Virus record (IMG/VR): IMGVR_UViG_3300027509_000002
Span: 1-64,000 of that record
Direction: 5' to 3' (one strand)
Length of the DNA stretch: 64,000 nt
Origin: a virus
The first letter of the stretch is position 1; every line of letters starts with the position of its first letter. Below are positions 19,048 to 27,131 of the stretch, in pieces. The position numbers and the translations under genes are program-made. The notes below the pieces were generated by a model, which was given only the letters and a program-made list of their open reading frames with translations, was not told the origin of the DNA and did no database searches.

Positions 19048-19577
19048 ATCTCTTTACAAATTACGTCACGTACATACTTAGCTATCAATAGCGAATCACA
19101 TACATTGTCATTCGGGACTCTAGCTCTATCGCTTTTTCTTAAATCCGCATCTGGGAAATATTTCTGACAAGCCAATATCGACATCTGTTTATTGTCTTTA
19201 GTGGATCTACCAGTTTTTGATTTCTTAAAATAAAGCTGCGGTACTTCTTTAAACATTTCTTTTTGCCATGTTTTAGGTGCAATTAAGGCATATGGAAAAT
19301 TCATGGCTTCTAATATACCCTCTATTTTACCACAGGATTTACCCAATTGGAATGTCTGCTTTGCACCTACACTGTACATTGCATGTAAATCTTCACACCC
19401 CACAATTGTTTTCATGGGATCAAGGTTTTCTAATACATTAATTAACGAATCATATCTGTTAATTTTGGGGTCTCCAAGTAAAGGATATTTTCCAATAACA
19501 CCGTTGTCAGTTAATAAGGTGGCGAATCCCTGTTTACCAGGATCAATGCCGATAAACCAATTATAATTTTTTAGCAT
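19044..19577 (-). CDS. RuvC-like Holliday junction resolvase
   Basis: Acidic motifs WFIGIDPGKQG, GCEDLHAM and NDNVCDSLLIAKY match the RuvC-type catalytic layout. Confidence 0.6.
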   Translation of the reverse strand: MLKNYNWFIGIDPGKQGFATLLTDNGVIGKYPLLGDPKINRYDSLINVLENLDPMKTIVGCEDLHAMYSVGAKQTFQLGKSCGKIEGILEAMNFPYALIAPKTWQKEMFKEVPQLYFKKSKTGRSTKDNKQMSILACQKYFPDADLRKSDRARVPNDNVCDSLLIAKYVRDVICKEI

Positions 19578-19610
19578 TTAACAAATATACACTTTTTCAT
19601 TTAAGATCTG

Positions 19611-19626
19611 CATTGATTATATTTAT
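19611..19626 (+). promoter_or_regulatory. promoter-like box CATTGATTATATTTAT
   Basis: Exact 16-mer also present at 38933-38948. It ends 2 nt before GTG 19629. Confidence 0.4.
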
Positions 19627-19628
19627 TT

Positions 19629-19859
19629 GTGGACAAAAAGATTGATACAAAAGATAAGAACCTGAAAATCATGAAGATACTTCTGGATGCCATTGAAAGA
19701 AGCCCGACAACTGATTTTCAAAAAATTCTTTACTTTTCAGGCGTAACCAACTTAGTTGATTTAGAGCTAGAAAACGATGAAGTCATGCCCCTATTTGCAT
19801 CAGATGTGTATGAAAGTAGTGAACAAACACTAGAAAAAACAATGTCCTTTTGTAATTAA
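19629..19859 (+). CDS. hypothetical acidic protein (the only + ORF inside the minus arm)
   Basis: ORF track with a GTG start. ATG 19671 is an alternative start. Tail-to-tail with the terminase gene. Confidence 0.4.
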   Translation: MDKKIDTKDKNLKIMKILLDAIERSPTTDFQKILYFSGVTNLVDLELENDEVMPLFASDVYESSEQTLEKTMSFCN

Positions 19860-21325
19860 AGGAACATGTAGTCAAAATCGCCTTCCATCAATAGGTCTGT
19901 AACTCCATGCACAAATCCATCCACCATATCGTCATTAGTAGAATTGGGGAAAGTGCATAGTTGATCCATAAAAGCAGTAACATACGAACCCTTTATAACT
20001 CTAACCCTACGGGACTCTAATAGAGGTGAAATAGCATTTAGCCTAGTAATTTTGTCATCTTTAGGTGATGGCAGCTCTACAACGTTTAGCATAGTAGAAG
20101 CCCTTAATTGAGACACCACAGACTTACCAGAAGATTTGGGCTCTATCTTTACCTTTGAATTCTGATTGTATCTATTCGCTATACAAAACTGTGGAATATA
20201 TTTTACCAGCTCATGAAATTCTTTTCTAATCTCCTGAGCATTAGCTACATATACAATATTATCTTTCTTAAACATTACCAAAATACCCGTAGCATCGTTT
20301 TCTTGTTTAGCGGTTTCAGCAGTATCAAGGTAAAAATTCATGGGACTATTAATTAAGTCTAAGGTAACTGACTCTGCATCCACCATGTCGAACCAAGACC
20401 TTTTCACCATATTACCTTCATCTGGGGCTGGACGTTGTTGCAATTGTCCTGCTGCCTCTGATGAACCCATTTGTTTTTTATAGTTATTTAGCTCTATGCG
20501 ATCAAAACGATCTGGCCAAAATAATCCATCTATATAATTCTCTTCTAGTTCCTTTGGCGATAAAATGGCATGATCTTTTTCACTCGCTAATTCGGCTGGA
20601 ATACAAATGTGATCATAAAAAGATCGATTGTTGGCTAATAAAAACCCACTAAGGTCTTCTTCATGTAGTCGTTGCATAACCACAATTCTAACACCCACCT
20701 TGGGCTGATTCAAACGGTTATATAAAGTGCCAGTATAGAAATCATTTGCATTTTTACGTTCTACTAAAGATTTAGATTTTTTAGGGTTCAAGGGGTCATC
20801 GAGTATTATTATATCTGCCCCCTTACCAGTAACAGTACCACCAGTACCAACGCTATATCTGACTCCACCACCAGCAATGGTAATAGAACCAATGGCATCA
20901 GTAGTCACCTTCACCTTATCTCCATAAAATTCATGAAACCATGGTGAATTCATTAGCTGTCTTGATTTCTTGGCCAAATCCATAGCTAAATCAGCAGTAT
21001 AAGAAACACAGATAAATTTCATTGTAGGATCTATTGTCCAGCACCATATAGGAAACACAACTGATACAATTAGTGATTTGGCTGCTCTAAAGGGCATATT
21101 GATAATTATATCATTACCCTTTGCTTTATTGACATTTATTCTAAAGGCTTCATCTTGAAGAATATCACAGAGATATTTTATGTGCCAGTTGTCCGAGTAT
21201 ATTCCACCTGGGTGCAAGGCCAGATAAGCATCCTTAAAAAACTCATAGTATGATCTACTATATACCGTTCTTTTTAATTGCTTGAATACATCTTCATTTA
21301 TATACTTACCTATTTCAAAAGTCAT
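19856..21325 (-). CDS. terL: terminase large subunit
   Basis: ATPase motifs MPFRAAKS (Walker A-like) and GADIIILDDPLNP (Walker B). C-terminal nuclease acidic motifs YLDTAET and NDDMVDGFVHG. Confidence 0.85.
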   Translation of the reverse strand: MTFEIGKYINEDVFKQLKRTVYSRSYYEFFKDAYLALHPGGIYSDNWHIKYLCDILQDEAFRINVNKAKGNDIIINMPFRAAKSLIVSVVFPIWCWTIDPTMKFICVSYTADLAMDLAKKSRQLMNSPWFHEFYGDKVKVTTDAIGSITIAGGGVRYSVGTGGTVTGKGADIIILDDPLNPKKSKSLVERKNANDFYTGTLYNRLNQPKVGVRIVVMQRLHEEDLSGFLLANNRSFYDHICIPAELASEKDHAILSPKELEENYIDGLFWPDRFDRIELNNYKKQMGSSEAAGQLQQRPAPDEGNMVKRSWFDMVDAESVTLDLINSPMNFYLDTAETAKQENDATGILVMFKKDNIVYVANAQEIRKEFHELVKYIPQFCIANRYNQNSKVKIEPKSSGKSVVSQLRASTMLNVVELPSPKDDKITRLNAISPLLESRRVRVIKGSYVTAFMDQLCTFPNSTNDDMVDGFVHGVTDLLMEGDFDYMFL

Positions 21326-21638
21326 CTTTTTTAAAACTACCTATTTTTTCTAGCAACAACAAAGTGTCGAGTGCTTTATTTATACGATCTTGATCTTTAC
21401 CCTCTGACTTAAAGCTATGGATTTGTTCTACATGGTCACAAATGAGTCCAGCAAATGAATATTTGGTTTTATCTTTAATTTGTAAATATGCGACATACAT
21501 CATGGTATGGAACAATTCAAAATTTCCCTCTTCATTTTTACTTAAAGATGCCTTATAGATGCGTTCCACTTTCTTTTTAAAAAGGGGGTCTTTTATAAAG
21601 TCTTTTATTTCTAAAGTTATTTCATCTTCCTGTATCAC
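21315..21638 (-). CDS. hypothetical protein
   Basis: ORF track. Overlaps terL by 11 nt. Confidence 0.5.
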   Translation of the reverse strand: MIQEDEITLEIKDFIKDPLFKKKVERIYKASLSKNEEGNFELFHTMMYVAYLQIKDKTKYSFAGLICDHVEQIHSFKSEGKDQDRINKALDTLLLLEKIGSFKKDDF

Positions 21639-22162
21639 TTGATTCTCATATAAATTTCCATGTCAGAGGGGGCAGTCATGTTTCCATCAAAAAATGGCTT
21701 AATAAATCGTCTTAATTTAAACCTGCCCCGTTTACTCTTTTTTATAAAAATAACCTTTTTGTCTATAATGAAGCGATATGTGCCCCTTGTTTCATGTATT
21801 TTAAGGCCATATGGAATAAAGGTTTCTACTGATACACATTTTTCAACGATCTTAACACCATGGTCGTATACACAGCAATATAGGCTAATTTTGCCATCAC
21901 CATCACAATTCCATCCAAATCTAGCACTATTTTTACGCTGGCCTGAAAACAATCGAGATGTAAAACCAAATAAGGTATTTATGTCTTGATCAAATCGATT
22001 ATTGTATTTGTATAAACAAGAATCTGTAAACATGACATCACATTTAACCCTATATCCAAATATAAAGCCAAAAGAAAAAAAGGATCGTTTGCCTCTTTTT
22101 ATCTTAACGTCATTATTCCAGAAAAAAAGTATTCCTCTTAATCGATCTAAAATCTTAATCAT
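21635..22162 (-). CDS. hypothetical protein
   Basis: ORF track. 4-nt overlap with the downstream gene. Basic and aromatic-rich. Confidence 0.45.
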   Translation of the reverse strand: MIKILDRLRGILFFWNNDVKIKRGKRSFFSFGFIFGYRVKCDVMFTDSCLYKYNNRFDQDINTLFGFTSRLFSGQRKNSARFGWNCDGDGKISLYCCVYDHGVKIVEKCVSVETFIPYGLKIHETRGTYRFIIDKKVIFIKKSKRGRFKLRRFIKPFFDGNMTAPSDMEIYMRIK

Positions 22163-22403
22163 TTATAGTTGCCTTGCATTTCGCCAAAAGCATAGCACAA
22201 ACTTCATCTACGGTCTTGTACATATCCTTTTCTTGAAATAATTTTCCTTTTTCATTTGCATAAAAAATATCCTTTTTTTCTAATTTAACAGAAACAATAG
22301 AGGTTTTTTTAATACAATACATTTTATCACCATGATAAGTTGTTTCATATACATAAAAAAATTCGTCTGAGATCTGGTATGGTAGTGATTCTATAAGGTT
22401 CAT
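22155..22403 (-). CDS. hypothetical protein
   Basis: ORF track. Confidence 0.45.
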   Translation of the reverse strand: MNLIESLPYQISDEFFYVYETTYHGDKMYCIKKTSIVSVKLEKKDIFYANEKGKLFQEKDMYKTVDEVCAMLLAKCKATIND

Positions 22404-22433
22404 GTGTATTTGATTGTATATAAGTATAACAAA

Positions 22434-23126
22434 TCAAAACTCAAAAACACTACGGGGTTTAAATTCTTTTTCTACACCTGCACCAGCAGATCCACCTCGC
22501 ATTCTATTAATAAAGTACACTAACAGATCTCTAGTGGCATTTACATCGTTCATGGCCTCATGAGCATCAAACTCTTCTAAATTGGCTGCCCTACATGCTT
22601 TTGTGAGACTAAATCCATTTACATTGTCGTCATTTGCCCACAATACTCTAGCTAAAATCATGGTACACACAGAGTCAGGTGCAAAAAACTTCACCATATT
22701 TCCTCTTAACTGCCTAAAACAGTTACCTCCTGATATATGTTTGCTTAAATCTTCATTTACATGAGCAAAGGCATATGATAAAAATCCAATATCAAATTGC
22801 ACATTATGCCCCACAAGTACAGGCTTTTTCATCTTCGCCCCACATTCTTTAATCTGCTTAAAAATGGCTTGGATGTCCTTCACTACTTCCCCTATGTGCT
22901 TACCCTTCATTAAATCAGCAAGATTAGTATTGGTGTAATCCAATGCCTTTTGTTCACATACTAGATTATCGTATGGAATAACATATGTGCTGTATTCAGC
23001 AACAGTTTTAAAGTCTACTGAATTAATTGTTTTTACAGCTATTTGTGTAATCGGATTCTTATTTGAATCAAGCCCACCAGTTTCAACGTCAAAAATGATA
23101 AAATTATTTGCTTTTCCTAAATCCAT
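22434..23126 (-). CDS. DnaQ-like DEDDh 3'-5' exonuclease
   Basis: ExoI FIIFDVETGGLD, ExoII GHNVQFDIGFL, ExoIII HEAMNDVNAT. Confidence 0.85.
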   Translation of the reverse strand: MDLGKANNFIIFDVETGGLDSNKNPITQIAVKTINSVDFKTVAEYSTYVIPYDNLVCEQKALDYTNTNLADLMKGKHIGEVVKDIQAIFKQIKECGAKMKKPVLVGHNVQFDIGFLSYAFAHVNEDLSKHISGGNCFRQLRGNMVKFFAPDSVCTMILARVLWANDDNVNGFSLTKACRAANLEEFDAHEAMNDVNATRDLLVYFINRMRGGSAGAGVEKEFKPRSVFEF

Positions 23127-23127
23127 G

Positions 23128-23334
23128 TTAATTTTCTTTTAAGATATATACGTTCACTCCGTATTGATTAGTTTTAATAATTTCTACATCACCAAAATGC
23201 CTCGGTAATCTTTCATTTTGAATATACTTATAGACATCCACTTCTTTAAAAGAAGCCCCTGATTTTTTGACATATGTTTTATTCATGTGCTCTAAAAGAG
23301 TGGCAAATGTGTATTCGTTTTGTTTTAAAATCAT
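23128..23334 (-). CDS. hypothetical protein
   Basis: ORF track. Confidence 0.45.
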   Translation of the reverse strand: MILKQNEYTFATLLEHMNKTYVKKSGASFKEVDVYKYIQNERLPRHFGDVEIIKTNQYGVNVYILKEN

Positions 23335-23801
23335 TGTTTTACTTTATAACGGTTATATAATTCTTCTGAAACACCTCTAATATATTTCATATTGTTCTCA
23401 TAATCTAATAATTGGTCTCTTTTTTTTGGATTTTCCCATATCTTATGACACCCATTTGTTCCAATAAAATCCATGCAATGAAACTGTATGTTTTTTTCAT
23501 CGTATATGAGCTCAGGAAACCCAAAGCCCTTACAGTCTGCCCTAGAGATGAGATGAGAATGTGACAAGGCCGTGTGTCCACCACACCCTGTACAGACTCG
23601 TGATCTATTTTCATCTATATACTGACACGTTTTTTTATACATTGCTTCTATATCACGTTGTTTGGAGCTCACACCAATGCTTTTCTTTTTTGCCTTAGAA
23701 TCCAATCTTGATCTATTGCAAGAATTACATAAGAAGTGCCTCTTATTTACAATTGGGCGTTCGTGCTCACAAGCACTACATATATCAATTTTGTAAGTCA
23801 T
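23331..23801 (-). CDS. Cys-rich zinc-binding protein, NinG/HNH-like nuclease candidate
   Basis: CSACEH..CNSCNR and CTGCGGHTALSHSHLISR motifs. The family assignment is uncertain. Confidence 0.3.
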   Translation of the reverse strand: MTYKIDICSACEHERPIVNKRHFLCNSCNRSRLDSKAKKKSIGVSSKQRDIEAMYKKTCQYIDENRSRVCTGCGGHTALSHSHLISRADCKGFGFPELIYDEKNIQFHCMDFIGTNGCHKIWENPKKRDQLLDYENNMKYIRGVSEELYNRYKVKQ

Positions 23802-24051
23802 CTACTCTAATCCAGTTATATGTTTTAGCACCAATATTGGCTGCATGTTCATTCATTTTACGATACACATAGGCTTTATCAAAAGCACCGAATTCTTGAA
23901 AAGGTCTGTGACTGCATGCTTTAAACACATAGTATTTGTAAAACACCTCTTCTTTTTCTGTTTTACTATTGTAGGCTTTATCTTTTGTAAAAACAATAGC
24001 ATACTTCAATGCTTTTTTGCCCTTAAAAAAATCAATTATTTTATTCCACAT
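23785..24051 (-). CDS. hypothetical protein
   Basis: ORF track. Confidence 0.45.
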   Translation of the reverse strand: MWNKIIDFFKGKKALKYAIVFTKDKAYNSKTEKEEVFYKYYVFKACSHRPFQEFGAFDKAYVYRKMNEHAANIGAKTYNWIRVDDLQN

Positions 24052-24055
24052 ATTC

Positions 24056-25288
24056 TTAATTTATTACCATTTCGGCATTACTGTTAATAATATTACTTTT
24101 ACTGGCCTCTAGCATTTTTACATCGACATTTGTAAGCTGCGTATCATCTTCATTAAACAAGTGCCAAGACCTCTTTATTTTATGAAACTGGAAGCCTTCA
24201 ACTCGGCCAAATTTTCTAACATTGTTGGAAAAGTCCACAACAACTCCATATTTTTTATCAGGATGTATTCTGGTTATTCTACCAATAATTTGATAATACA
24301 AAGAAATTGAGGCCGTTGGTCTGGCCATCACAATGCAATCTAACTGTGGGTGATCAAAGCCCACAGATAGAATCGTTACGTTAATCACTATTCGTATATC
24401 CATAGACTTAAATCCACTTACAATACGATCACGTTCCTTTTTCTTTAATTTAGAGTGCAGTACCTCCGATTTCGGTATAATACTTTGTAGCTCTTCTGCT
24501 TTTTCAATGTCACTCACAAAGATCAATATACTCTTTCTATCTTCATTATCATTAATCTTACCTAAGATCTTCCACTTGATTGTCTCTTCATCGTACATGA
24601 TATTGATCGACTCCAACGTATATTCTGAGCCTATAGTGTTGTATTTCAGATACTTATTGTCAACTTCTACTATATCATACACAATTGGACTCCAATACTT
24701 TAGTCTAGTAACCTCCTGAATCTGAGCCACATAAAGAATATCTTTAAAGAAATCACCCCTTTTTTTGCTATGGCTGGTGAGCATCTTAGCATAACTAAAG
24801 GCTTGCATTTGAAACGAGCCTCTTTCCAGCTTAAAAGGTGTAGCAGTTAATCCAAGTACATTTGGTATTGCTGCCTCTGTTACAAATACCCTAAGCATGC
24901 CATCAGCTTCACGAGAAAACCTGTCACATTCATCCATAATGAGCTTAGTAAAACCCAATTCTTTAAACTCTGCACCCATTTTCTTTATACTCCCTAGAGT
25001 AGCAAAGGTAACGTCTGATATTTCTTTCTTGCCAAAGGAAGCAGAATAAACAGAAGCAGTTCCACCATTCATGGTATATTTTTCGTAATTTTGAGCCAAT
25101 AGTTCTTTAGAGGGTTGTAGCACTAAAACCTTACCATCTACTTTTTCTGCAATTTTTGCAATACAAATAGATTTACCGAATGCTGTAGGTAAAACAAGTA
25201 TAGATGGACGTGTTTTTTTCTTAGTATTTAAGAACTCAATGCCTATTCTAACTGGCTCTACCTGATTTTCTCTTAGTGTGATTGACAT
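24056..25288 (-). CDS. SF2 DEAD/DEAH-box DNA helicase
   Basis: Motif I LPTAFGKS, motif II IMDECDRF, motif III GLTATP, motif VI QIIGRITR. Confidence 0.85.
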   Translation of the reverse strand: MSITLRENQVEPVRIGIEFLNTKKKTRPSILVLPTAFGKSICIAKIAEKVDGKVLVLQPSKELLAQNYEKYTMNGGTASVYSASFGKKEISDVTFATLGSIKKMGAEFKELGFTKLIMDECDRFSREADGMLRVFVTEAAIPNVLGLTATPFKLERGSFQMQAFSYAKMLTSHSKKRGDFFKDILYVAQIQEVTRLKYWSPIVYDIVEVDNKYLKYNTIGSEYTLESINIMYDEETIKWKILGKINDNEDRKSILIFVSDIEKAEELQSIIPKSEVLHSKLKKKERDRIVSGFKSMDIRIVINVTILSVGFDHPQLDCIVMARPTASISLYYQIIGRITRIHPDKKYGVVVDFSNNVRKFGRVEGFQFHKIKRSWHLFNEDDTQLTNVDVKMLEASKSNIINSNAEMVIN

Positions 25289-25297
25289 TATAATAAT

Positions 25298-25314
25298 TTA
25301 TAAAAACAAATGTA
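25298..25314 (-). promoter_or_regulatory. minus-strand promoter elements (TACATTTG -7 box plus TTTGTTTTTATAA)
   Basis: The reverse complement reads TACATTTGTTTTTATAA. TACATTTG fits the Bacteroidota TAnnTTTG -7 consensus. It lies 9-24 nt upstream of ATG 25288. Confidence 0.45.
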
Positions 25315-25362
25315 AACTAAATTTATTTGTTTCACATTACTTTTTTATGTAAAATTTTTAAT

Positions 25363-25370
25363 TACTTTTG
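25363..25370 (+). promoter_or_regulatory. plus-strand TAnnTTTG -7 box (TACTTTTG)
   Basis: Perfect TAnnTTTG match pointing into about 490 nt with no long ORF before recA. Confidence 0.35.
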
Positions 25371-25487
25371 CCCTAGCATAAGATTATTGTTGGATATTAA
25401 CCAGAGGGTTTCACGACAGCTTTAACACCTAAATAGGTAGCGTTCCCTAATAAAACAGACCGATACTTTCTCTTAAATCAGATAAAT

Positions 25488-25643
25488 GGGTTTTCTAAAA
25501 GACTTGCTACCCGATCTGAGCCATACTTGATACCTTATTTATACAGTAATGCGTGGGAGCAAATCTTTCTTAGAGCCCCTATTTCTTCTCTTTATTAACT
25601 TAAAGGGGGGATTTAGGGGGGTTTCTTTAAAGAAAGACTTGCT
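25488..25643 (+). repeat. imperfect direct repeat GGGTTT(T)CT..AAAGACTTGCT, two copies
   Basis: Copies at 25488-25508 and 25618-25643. The exact 11-mer AAAGACTTGCT occurs at 25498-25508 and 25633-25643. Confidence 0.6.
25605..25621 (+). other. two G6 tracts (GGGGGGATTTAGGGGGG)
   Basis: G6 at 25605-25610 and at 25616-25621, in an otherwise AT-rich genome. Confidence 0.7.
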
Positions 25644-25693
25644 TTTTCTCACCTTCTTAGTTTCCTTTTTTCCAGTAATACACACATATATTA

Positions 25694-25709
25694 TTCTCTA
25701 AATAGAGAA
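25694..25709. promoter_or_regulatory. palindrome TTCTCTA-AA-TAGAGAA
   Basis: 7-bp perfect arms with a 2-nt spacer. Operator-like. Confidence 0.4.
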
Positions 25710-25760
25710 AAAAAGAGGTAGAACCAGTAGTGAACATTAATACTATTTAAAGGGAAAAAA

Positions 25761-25779
25761 AACCAAATATAATTTGGTT
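25761..25779. promoter_or_regulatory. palindrome AACCAAAT-ATA-ATTTGGTT
   Basis: 8-bp perfect arms with a 3-nt spacer, 82 nt upstream of the recA ATG. Operator-like. Confidence 0.45.
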
Positions 25780-25860
25780 AAAAAACTAATAGTTAAGTTG
25801 TTAGCAATTAGTTACCTACTTATAGTGCTATTTAGGATATTTATTATATATTGCAATAAT

Positions 25861-26817
25861 ATGAAGAAAGAATTGCAAAGTATTATAGATCAAGTATCTA
25901 GTAAAATGGGTAAAAACTCATTAATGGCATTAGGAGAAACTGCTGATACTAATATTGATGTTATTTCTACTGGTTCATTAGCATTAAATGAAGCATTAGG
26001 TATAAATGGGTTTCCAAAAGGTAGAATAGTGGAAATATATGGTCAAGAATCATCAGGTAAGACCACATTATGTATTCATGCTATAGCAGAATGTCAAAAA
26101 AATGGTGGAATATGTGCTGTAGTAGATGCAGAACATGCTTTTGATCCAGCTTATGCTACTAATTTAGGGGTTAATATAGACGATTTACTCATATCACAGC
26201 CTGATTGTGGTGAAGATGGATTAGATACTGTAGAAGAGCTTGTAAAGACTAATCAGGTGGATCTAATTATTGTAGATTCTGTATCTACTCTTACTCCTAG
26301 AAGTGAATTAGAGGGTAATATGGGTGATTCTTCTATGGGTGTACATGCTAGGTTAATGAGTCAAGCACTTAGGAAATTAGTAGCTATTGTACATAAAACA
26401 AAAACTTGTGTTATTTTTATTAACCAGATTAGAATGAAAATTGGTGTAGTATTTGGTAATCCAGAAACTACTACTGGTGGTAATGCATTAAAGTTTTATT
26501 CCTCTATGCGTTTAGAGATAAGAAAATCTACACCATTGAAAAAAGGTGAAGATGTGTATGGAAATAAGACAAAAGTAAAAATCGTAAAGAATAAACTAGC
26601 CCCACCTTTTAAGAAATGTGAATTTGACATTTTATATGGAACTGGTATTGACTATTTCGGTGAGATTTTAGATAAGGCCACTGTTTTAGGTATTGTTCGT
26701 AAAAAAGGAGCATGGTATAAATACAATGATAGTAATATTGGACAAGGTAGAGAAAGCACGGTAAATCTACTTAGAGATAATCCAGAATTAGTAGAGGAAT
26801 TAACAAGTAAGTTCTAA
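25861..26817 (+). CDS. recA: RecA recombinase
   Basis: [15 protein letters not shown] (Walker A), [10 protein letters not shown], and an L2-like [26 protein letters not shown]. Start set to ATG 25861, not the TTG at 25774. Confidence 0.9.
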   Translation: MKKELQSIIDQVSSKMGKNSLMALGETADTNIDVISTGSLALNEALGINGFPKGRIVEIYGQESSGKTTLCIHAIAECQKNGGICAVVDAEHAFDPAYATNLGVNIDDLLISQPDCGEDGLDTVEELVKTNQVDLIIVDSVSTLTPRSELEGNMGDSSMGVHARLMSQALRKLVAIVHKTKTCVIFINQIRMKIGVVFGNPETTTGGNALKFYSSMRLEIRKSTPLKKGEDVYGNKTKVKIVKNKLAPPFKKCEFDILYGTGIDYFGEILDKATVLGIVRKKGAWYKYNDSNIGQGRESTVNLLRDNPELVEELTSKF

Positions 26818-27131
26818 TGACACCAGAAGAATTCTATTATAGAGATAAGGGCATGATGAGGCTATTGTTAGCTTTATTTGATATGGATGAAGATGATCAT
26901 GATTGTTTACAGGAAGGGTGTAGACATATAGACGATGCTACTCCAAGTGAACTAGATTCTTTACTTAGAGAACATGATTATTTACATAAATTCTCAGATC
27001 CAGAAACTACAGAGTATTTATCGAATTGTAGCTTACCTGTATTAGAAAAGGTAAGGGTTATTTTAGAAAAAAATGAAAGTTTTTTAGCATGTGCCGTTGT
27101 TAGGGATCTTATTAAAAAAGAAAACACATGA
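26817..27131 (+). CDS. hypothetical acidic protein between recA and the sigma factor
   Basis: ORF track. Overlaps both neighbours (ATGA-type coupling). Confidence 0.5.
   Translation: MTPEEFYYRDKGMMRLLLALFDMDEDDHDCLQEGCRHIDDATPSELDSLLREHDYLHKFSDPETTEYLSNCSLPVLEKVRVILEKNESFLACAVVRDLIKKENT

Noticed and set aside
25605-25621. An intramolecular G-quadruplex formed from the G6 tracts.
   Set aside because: Only two G runs are present. A unimolecular G4 needs four, so this is recorded simply as unusual G tracts.
25549-25701. 50-codon ORF (MRGSKSFLEPLFLLFINLKGGFRGV..) inside the divergent control region.
   Set aside because: It spans the G6 tracts and the direct repeat, and has no promoter-box/ATG arrangement like other genes. 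It could be a real small membrane protein, but the evidence is insufficient. It is mentioned under the control-region finding instead.
25774-25860. N-terminal 29-aa extension of RecA from an alternative TTG start, as in the ORF track.
   Set aside because: The extension is hydrophobic and unlike RecA N-termini. It begins inside the AACCAAAT-ATA-ATTTGGTT palindrome. ATG 25861 gives a normal [12 protein letters not shown].. RecA N-terminus.
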